64,000 nucleotides of DNA from Eledone cirrhosa (taxonomy: Eukaryota). The stretch covers positions 19,654,001-19,718,000 of the forward strand of contig OZ024746.1 in the NCBI GenBank assembly GCA_964016885.1, read 5' to 3'. How positions within the stretch are numbered: the first letter of the stretch is position 1; each line of letters opens with the position of its first letter. The translations under genes and the position numbers were made by a program. The notes beneath the pieces are model-generated. The model was given only the letters and a program-made list of their open reading frames with translations, had not been told where the DNA came from and did not search any database. Shown one piece after another: positions 56,251-64,000 of this stretch.

Positions 56251-56945
56251 AAGATTGAAGTGTGAAAAGTGCCCCCGAAATACCTGAAAGTTTGATCACG
56301 GGTTAATAAAGCCCTGACGATGTATATGATGTCATTAGTTCTGCTCGACAACCTCAAATTTCTACAGCCTACGTAATTATTCACCTTATTTGTTTATTTT
56401 TTCTTTGTTTTGTTTTGTTTTAAATAATATATTGACTGTGCCGACATTATACTTATCATATAATACACTATACTAAATGACATAATAAAAGATTCTGTTT
56501 GAGCAAATTAGACACCCCCTCACCCGAAGAAAAAAATCAATAGAGACTTTATTATTTGTTTATTATATTATACAATTAGCAAATTTACGACGAAAATCAT
56601 TCCGGAGAAACTTTTAATTGTATCAATATGTACTAACAAATGCAATGTGCTGCTTGGCAACTGGTGATAACAAATACTAAACTATTCAAAAACTATTTGA
56701 TAATAGAAACTAAGTCTTTGTGTTTGGTTATATAAGTGGAAAACAAAAATACAAAAACAAAACGGAAACAATTTTGTTGTATATTACATTGGCAATTTCA
56801 TGAAAGTCTAATTATGACACAGTAGACGTAGCGTGGTCGAATGGTTAAGTTAGCTTTGAAATGATGAGGTATCGGGTTCGATATTTCCGCTTGACTTCTT
56901 AGACAAGTATCTTTTACCATAGCCTCGGATAGGTAAAATGAAATG

Positions 56946-56999
<54 letters not shown>

Positions 57000-57204
57000 T
57001 AGCGAGAATCGTATTTTGACTTAGGAATTAACGAAAAACAGGTTCCGAGATGTGTGCCAAGCGCTCGATGATTCAGATGAATCAGAGCTACAACATACGT
57101 TAAAGGCTAAACACACTGAGAATGGTTAAACAAACATCCGCACAGCCAAAGAAACGACCAAGTAATTCAGGTCAAACAATAAAAATATATGTGATTATAT
57201 ATAT

Positions 57205-57964
57205 ATAAATGGAAAAAATGAAATTTCATTTCTCACTCTTAGTACAGCTGATACTTAAATATAAGTATGTTTACGTACATACATATATGTATATAGACGT
57301 ACAGTAGTATATATATACATACATGCACACATATATATATATATATATATATGTACGTATGGGTTTACCGAGCATTTATTATAATGCTCGGTTTGTTTGT
57401 AAACAAACAGCCCGAATTATTAGCCGTACAGTGTTCGGCAACCATCGTTGCCATTTTGTTCAACAGTGACAAAGGAACGATGAACTAGTTTCTAGCTTAT
57501 TAGCTGTCATCAGCACCGTATACCTTCCTGTCAGTTGATTGAACATTTGAAAGTATATACTTTCCTTATGCATATTAACGGCTGAGCAGCCTAATTTGCA
57601 TATCGAGTGAGTTAGTCGGCCGGGCGTCACACTGACAAAGGAACGATGAACTAGTTTCTAGCTTATTAGCTGTCTTTGTTTACAAACAAACCGCGCATTA
57701 TAATAAATGTTCGGTAAACCCATATGTACATATATATATATATATGTGTGTGCATGTATGTATGTATTCAGACGTACTACTGTACGTCTGTATACATATA
57801 TGTATGTACGTAAACATACTTATATTTAAGTATCAGCCATACTAAGAGTGAGAAATGAAATTTCATTTTTTCCATTTATCGTTTTCGGTACGCTCGGCCG
57901 ACTAACTCACTCGATATGCAAATTAGGCTGCTCAGCCGTTAATATGCATAAGGAAATTATATAC
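57205..57964. repeat. Interleaved inverted repeats A-B-A'-B' plus a 42-bp direct repeat
   Basis: A 57205-57411 / A' 57669-57879; B 57553-57627 / B' 57890-57964; direct repeat at 57467-57508 and 57633-57674. Confidence 0.88.
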
Positions 57965-57969
57965 GGGAT

Positions 57970-58190
57970 GTCCCTTTGGGAGAGATATAGTCGTCTGACC
58001 AATGAGCAACTGTATAGGGACCTTCATCCAGCAAAGAGTGTAGAGTCAGATCCACAGAGCATTGATGGAGCTAAAGACAAAATTGTTAATGAAGTTCTTT
58101 TGTGGGATCCAACACAAGGAAGAGCTAACAGAGGACAACAAGCCAAGACCTATATCAAACAGATTTGTGATGACAAACTGCAACCCCTCT
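57970..58190 (+). mobile_element. RTE LINE 3' fragment
   Basis: LTNEQLY...EVLLWDPTQGRANRG...TYIKQI. Confidence 0.65.
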
Positions 58191-58594
58191 AATCTGCTGA
58201 ATATGAAAGTTTCTGATTTAGGCACAAAGCCAAGAATTTTGGGGAGGGTAAGTCAATTAAATCGACCCTAGTGTGTTACCGGTACTTTATTCTATCGACC
58301 CCGTAAGGATGAAAGGCAAAGCTAATCTCGGTGTAAAGGGAGATAACTGTGCCGCGAAGCATAGTGTCTGACGCTCTACTGATACTGCCAAGAACAATAT
58401 TGGATGGTGACAGAGAGTCAAAGGAATCTATGGAAGCTGTGTGACCTATTGCATTTCTGGTTTGGAGGGTGGACATGGCTGTTCAGGTTGGGAGAGGGTG
58501 TTCAGGATTGGTGGAGGAGCTGTTCATAGAGGGCGACAGGCTGTTTGACAAGGAGTGCCCAGGGCATTTGCCACCTCTGCATTCCAATAAATCC

Positions 58595-58658
58595 AGTCAG
58601 TGGTTCATGCCACATTACCAACACAGTAGTGTTGGTAATGTGGCATGAACCACTGACT
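58595..58658. repeat. Perfect 30-bp hairpin with a 4-nt loop
   Basis: AGTCAGTGGTTCATGCCACATTACCAACAC-AGTA-GTGTTGGTAATGTGGCATGAACCACTGACT. Confidence 0.95.
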
Positions 58659-59712
58659 CTTTAGCCAGTAGTCTTATGGACTTCATCAAGAAAACATGCA
58701 CACAATAAAAACAAATTACTACACAACTTTATATATATATATATATATCCTTTTGAATCAAAATTTATTCTTTTAATATGAACAGGATTTTGAATCTAAC
58801 AATTAAAAAAATATATATTAAATGGTTATTTGATAAACAAAGAATATCAAAGTTTTGAATTAAAAGAAACGATAAATAATCTCTTTTGGAAAAGACCAAA
58901 GCTTTCAGATATATATCCCTCCAAATCTGAAAATAATAGATTTACAAAAATGAAAGCATTCTATAATAACTGCTAGGATATTAAGAAAAGTGTTTGACAA
59001 TTGAAGGTACCACCTCAGTCCACTGGTTGTGGACAGCTGGCACCAGCAACAAATGCTGTGCGACAAGTGGATGATGATGATAATAATAATAATAGTAAAC
59101 AGATTTTAAATTATTTTCATTTTATTTCTAAAATACAAATGAAAATATAGTTTTCTGGATTAGTTCCAATGTGATAGAGATCCAAGCAGACTATGACCCA
59201 GGTAAATTTGGCATCAGCATTTCAATTTCCTTTACATCTTAACTCATTTAAAAATCCCTAATAATTAAAATTTGCAATGTGTTTACTTAATGCTATTGTG
59301 TAAATCTCTAAGTAGCTATTTGTATACAAGTGTGTTGGTACGGTCAAGCGTGGCTGTGTAAATGCAGAGATAGGGCTTCAAATTTCTCTTTATAATATAA
59401 CATATTGAAATTAAATGAAGGCCCAATAAAATTGTGAAATTATGTTAGAATTCTGCCAAATGTCATGTATTGTGGGTCTAAGTGAAATATTCTTGTTTCA
59501 AGAATGTTAAAATAACATATAGAATATATTAACTGAAAATAAAACAAATAAAATAGTATGGTGTGTAAATATAGATAGATATATGTATAAAGATAGATAG
59601 AGAGATCTTCAGTTAAAAATATACAGATGTTAAATAGGAAATAAATAGTAGAAGGCAACTGTTGGTAAAGATATAGGTTTTGATTTTTTGCTTCTTTCCA
59701 GTATGTTTGGTT

Positions 59713-59801
59713 TCAAGATGAAGCACTGGCTACCGACTTATATTTGGTGAAGATGTCATACAAAACCCGCAATGTTGCTATCAGGTCACAATTGACAATG
59801 T
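59713..59801 (-). CDS. Parvin (alpha/beta-parvin-like), last coding exon, end of CH2 domain
   Basis: Acceptor ttttctttcag; DIVNCDLIATLRVLYDIFTKYKSVASASS* matches parvin EDIVNCDLKSTLRVLYNLFTKY. Confidence 0.92.
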
Positions 59802-61960
59802 CTGAAAGAAAAATAAAGAAAATATAATAAAGAATTATTTGTGAAAAATATCAATAATGATAATAATTGTTTCTACTTTTTGGCACAAGGCCAGCAATTA
59901 CCCAGTGCATTACTGGTACTTTATTTTATCGACCCCCGTAAGGATGAAAGGCAAAGTTAACCTCGGCGGGATTTGAACTCAGAATGGCAAGGGCCGTAAT
60001 AATGATAATAATGGTTTCTGATTAAGGCACAAGGCCATCCACCCCAACTATGGCTTAAATAGCTTTACCAACCATCAATTGGCTAAATGTGGTGACATAA
60101 CCAAAACTAAACAGAAAATGGTGGAGATCAACCAGAGTGAGAAGGCCCTGGATTGGATTTGATATGATATGGATATGGAATACTTTGCTGTGAAACCTTT
60201 TTCTTAAAGACCGCATTTCTCAATACCTATAAAGTGTTTGCATAGGATGTTGTGTAAATAGATGCAAAACCAAAAAATTATTTGCCATTCTAAGTTAATG
60301 TATGTACATGTATAAGTTTATGATTGTAAGAGAATGTGAATATCTGTACATTTATGTATGTGGTTGTCACTACTACATACAATACTGCTAAAGTGGAAAA
60401 GTTACAATCTACATTGTCTTTGGAAATATTACAGATTCTAATCAATTATTATTACACAATATTGCTCACAGTTTAAGTAAATCATGCAAATACGTTGATG
60501 GGATAAAAATTGAGAGCAATACAGGACAATAAAATTAGTTGTTGACAACAACAACAACAATCACAGCATCAACAACTATTACAGCAACAAGTTGCTACTT
60601 AGTACTAATTAATAAAACTGCCTCCAAATGATTATAACAATAACATTAGAATAGTAACAATTTATTACTATAGAAATGAAACAAGTAAGAGAAGAGAAGA
60701 AGAAACAACAAAAAATCTAACAAGACAGGAGGTCATGAACAAAGATGGTATTTATAGCATATACTGATGGAGGAGCTGATGTGAAAATGTCAGCAGAAAA
60801 GAACTGATTCTATTGTTTCTCTCATAACTGTATTGTTAGAACTCCTACCAGCCAGAAGATACGTGAGGTAAAGATGCAAGCATATTTGAAACAGGTTTTA
60901 TACCTGCTGGTTTATTAGTTTCTTTGTAGATGTATTAGTTTATTTGTTTATTCATTTGTATATTTGTTTATTCATTTGTATATTTGTTTATTCATTTAAA
61001 ATGCTTTTTAGCAATTCTGGTTTTGGTGGTTAAATAAGATGAAATTTCAGATGCAGCAGACAAGTCTGAACATGAATGATCACTTTGAACAAAAAAAAAG
61101 AGAAAAAAAGGAGGTCAATTAGTAACCGCCAGTAATAAACAGTGTAAAAGATAACTACATTAGCTATATGAAAGAATAAAAAGTGTTGCCAGTAACATAA
61201 GGAGGAGTTGAAAAGGTGATATGAAGAGCATAACAACAGCAGCTAAATAAACCAAAGAATTTATGTGACTACAACAGAATATATGTATACACAGGAAGTT
61301 GTTCTTCTTTGCCCACTTATTCCTGAAAGGGGCAGAGTCCACAAACACTCCTTTCAGTGGGTCCTGTCAGAAGCAGCCATCTCTAAATGATCCAGTTGGA
61401 TCCCCAAGTGAGACCAGCCGAGCTCATGGATGTTATCCAACCATCTTGCTCAGGGTCTGCCACTGGGTCACCTGCCAGTTGGTTTTGCCCGTAAGATCTA
61501 TGCAGTGATTCTTTCCACAAGAAGTTGTTTCTTATAAATGATGAATAATATTATCAAAATTATTGGCTCTCAAAATCTTTATTTAAAATGAATTTAAAAA
61601 AAAATTATTTGTTTACTTGAATAAAATCTTCAGGTATTCTTATCAAAATTCTAACTACTATACAACCACTACAATCACTAGTATTAGAAGGTATATAGAA
61701 ATGGTAATGATGGAATCATACTTTCATGGTGAGAGTAAAGGCACTAGTGTGTTTAGTTTGGTTGAGACGGCTGGCAATATTGGTGTATATGTGCATGTAC
61801 ATATTCACACAATCACAAGCTCCCATCTAGATTCAATCAACCGAATTCACTCACAAAACATTGGTCAACTTGAGGCTACAGTAGAGATAGAGACTCTTGT
61901 CCATGCTACAACACACACACACACATACACAGAATGTCAAGACATGTAGACCAAACTCAC

Positions 61961-62033
61961 CTTCAACTCTTGCTGATGGTTTTTGTAGACCAGCATCTTG
62001 CATTAATTCAAAAGCAAACTGGACATTGTGAAT
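61961..62033 (-). CDS. Parvin, penultimate coding exon
   Basis: ttttgtag / IHNVQFAFELMQDAGLQKPSARVE / gtgagt; phase 1 joins the last exon in frame; matches parvin VHNVAFAFELMQDGGLKKPKARPED. Confidence 0.93.
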
Positions 62034-62179
62034 CTACAAAATAAATTGAAGAAAAATTAGCAAAGAAAATATGGGTGAGAGAGTGAAGGCATGAGTACTG
62101 AGTAGAGAAAGAGGATCAAAGATTAAAATAGAGACATACACAATAACTGGTATTAATACAGATTATGTAGTATTATTTT

Positions 62180-62465
62180 TGTGGAGGTGTGTGGCCTAGT
62201 GGTAAGGGGGATGGACTTACAATCATAACATCGTGGGTTTGATTCCTGGACTTGGTTGTGAGTTGAGTTCTTGAGCAAAACACTTCACTTCATGTTGCTC
62301 CGGTATATGCAGCTGAAAATAATTACCAGCAATAGCTGGGAATTTAACCCTGTCATGGAGTGTCATCCTGTCCAGGAGGAAGTCTTGTACTCTCAATCGC
62401 TTCATGCCAAAGAAACCAGGGATAAGTGTTGGCCTGATGAGCCTCCATGATCAAGACTTTAACTT
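62180..62465 (+). mobile_element. Meta/V-type tRNA SINE
   Basis: Similar to the 55850 and 3260 copies. Confidence 0.72.
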
Positions 62466-63101
62466 AGTATTGCTATACTTTTTAAGCACATTTTACTCAT
62501 TGTTCACTTTAGATATGTCTTCATTCATCTAAGACAACTAAAGAACTAAGACTACAGAACACGATATTGCAGAAATGGTTGCCAAGATACCAGCAATTTT
62601 GTTAAAGATTAGCAGTATACCTTGAAGATCCTTTTCTCTGGCTACCCACCTTCCCTCCCATAATATATGTATAAATTCAGCTAACTTAAACAGTTTTTCT
62701 CAACGTTTCAATGAAATACGGAGAAATCAAAAACAATTAGCCCTCACAGTCGTTAATTGCCTTTGATGTGTATGTCAGTAGAAGACTGCTTGGCTATACA
62801 GCAGCATTATTATATTCATGTATCCTTTACAGTTACTTTCTATATCTATCTATGCATGTGTATATATATTTGTGTGTGTGTATGTATATGTGTATATATA
62901 TGTGTGTATATGTATAAATATATATATAAATATATATGTATATATATATATATACCCTTGCAAGCAGGGAAGAGCGGACGTAAAATGATGATGATGATGA
63001 TATATATATATGATAGCTGTCCACTCATCTCTAAGGGAGCCCATCACTGACTATTAAAGGGAATCATGTTTGTAACATTTTTAATATATATATATATATA
63101 T

Positions 63102-63227
63102 ATATTTATTAAAATAACGGATTAAAGTTTAAGCAAAGAATTGTTGCTTTCACCCTTAACGGGATCTCATTAAGGATGAAAGCAGCGATTCTTTGCTTAT
63201 ACTTTAATCTGTTATTTTAATAAATAT
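63102..63227. repeat. 126-bp loopless palindrome next to (TA)n
   Basis: 63-bp arms centred on GA|TC, about 7 mismatches; one arm recurs at about 52896-52953. Confidence 0.88.
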
Positions 63228-63554
63228 TTGCTCTTGGGTTCTTATATATTTGATATATATTTATCTTTATCGAGCCTTCTTCGGATTTCAGTCTTCAAAT
63301 TTATTATTATTACTATATATATATATATGTCATCATCATCATCATTTAACTAGGAAATGTTGGATGGGTCAACACTGACCAAGTCAGTACTCAAGAGAAG
63401 CTACTAAACTCTCAGAAGGGCTAAGGGTGTGAACCTCACCCATGAATATTCCCACACTGCACCAAGTGTCCACGCAGGCTAGGTAGCTACATCACAATTA
63501 CAAAAACGTCCGAGTGCATTTTATGGCAAGACCAGCACTAGGGAGTTTATCATG

Positions 63555-63800
63555 CCTTAGACATAACTGAAGAGCCCTCCAGATTGATATTATACATCCA
63601 TTGGAGTATACTTGCTTCATTTCTTTTTAGTCTTCGTAGGTCTTCTGCAGTCAGGGTCCCAGTCTCGTTGCCATGTGGCATTGCAGTTTACATACAAGCA
63701 TTATATAGTCTGCCCTTTACACTAAGAGAGAATCCCTTTGTTGTTAGCAGGGATACTATTTCACTAAAATTCATCCAACCTATTTCTGCCCTGGTTGTAT
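63555..63800 (-). mobile_element. RTE LINE fragment
   Basis: Minus strand KGRLYNACM*TAMPHGNET..LTAEDLRRLKRNEASILQW. Confidence 0.7.
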
Positions 63801-64000
63801 TGGGTTACATGATACCAGTATCAGGCAGAAGCTTGACCTAACCTTTAAAAGGAACTACAACCATTTAATCCATTGCTTTATCATTTCTGTCACTCTACCA
63901 ATTTTAATATTAATCATTTCTTACATCAACTCCAGGACTTGACATACTTTCAGAGTATCCTCCCTCATTAGGTCACGTAGTTAACAAATGTTGTCAAGAA

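Overview
AT-rich eukaryotic DNA full of microsatellites. The SINE/LINE content (Deu/Nin-type and Meta-type tRNA SINEs; RTE, CR1/L2, Tx1, R4-like and Penelope-like fragments) suggests a coleoid cephalopod, probably an octopus; this is inference. Most long ORFs in the track come from simple or tandem repeats. Two gene structures lie on the minus strand. (1) The last two coding exons of an apparently intact parvin gene (61961-62033, 59713-59801). (2) A heavily decayed multi-exon gene at about 1377-39060. Its nine exon relics match, in order, motifs of Fanconi anemia group C protein (FANCC) as I recall the human sequence, and carry many stops and frameshifts. All three large minisatellites (27, 49 and 33 bp units) and a degenerate trinucleotide tract lie inside exons of this relic. 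Also present: four type I hammerhead ribozyme motifs, a Penelope-like fragment with an inverted 3' copy, several long palindromes and hairpins, an interleaved A-B-A'-B' inverted repeat, a stand-alone tRNA-like cloverleaf, MITEs and a (TCTA)n-embedded Tx1 LINE. All protein matches were made by eye from memory; no database search was run.
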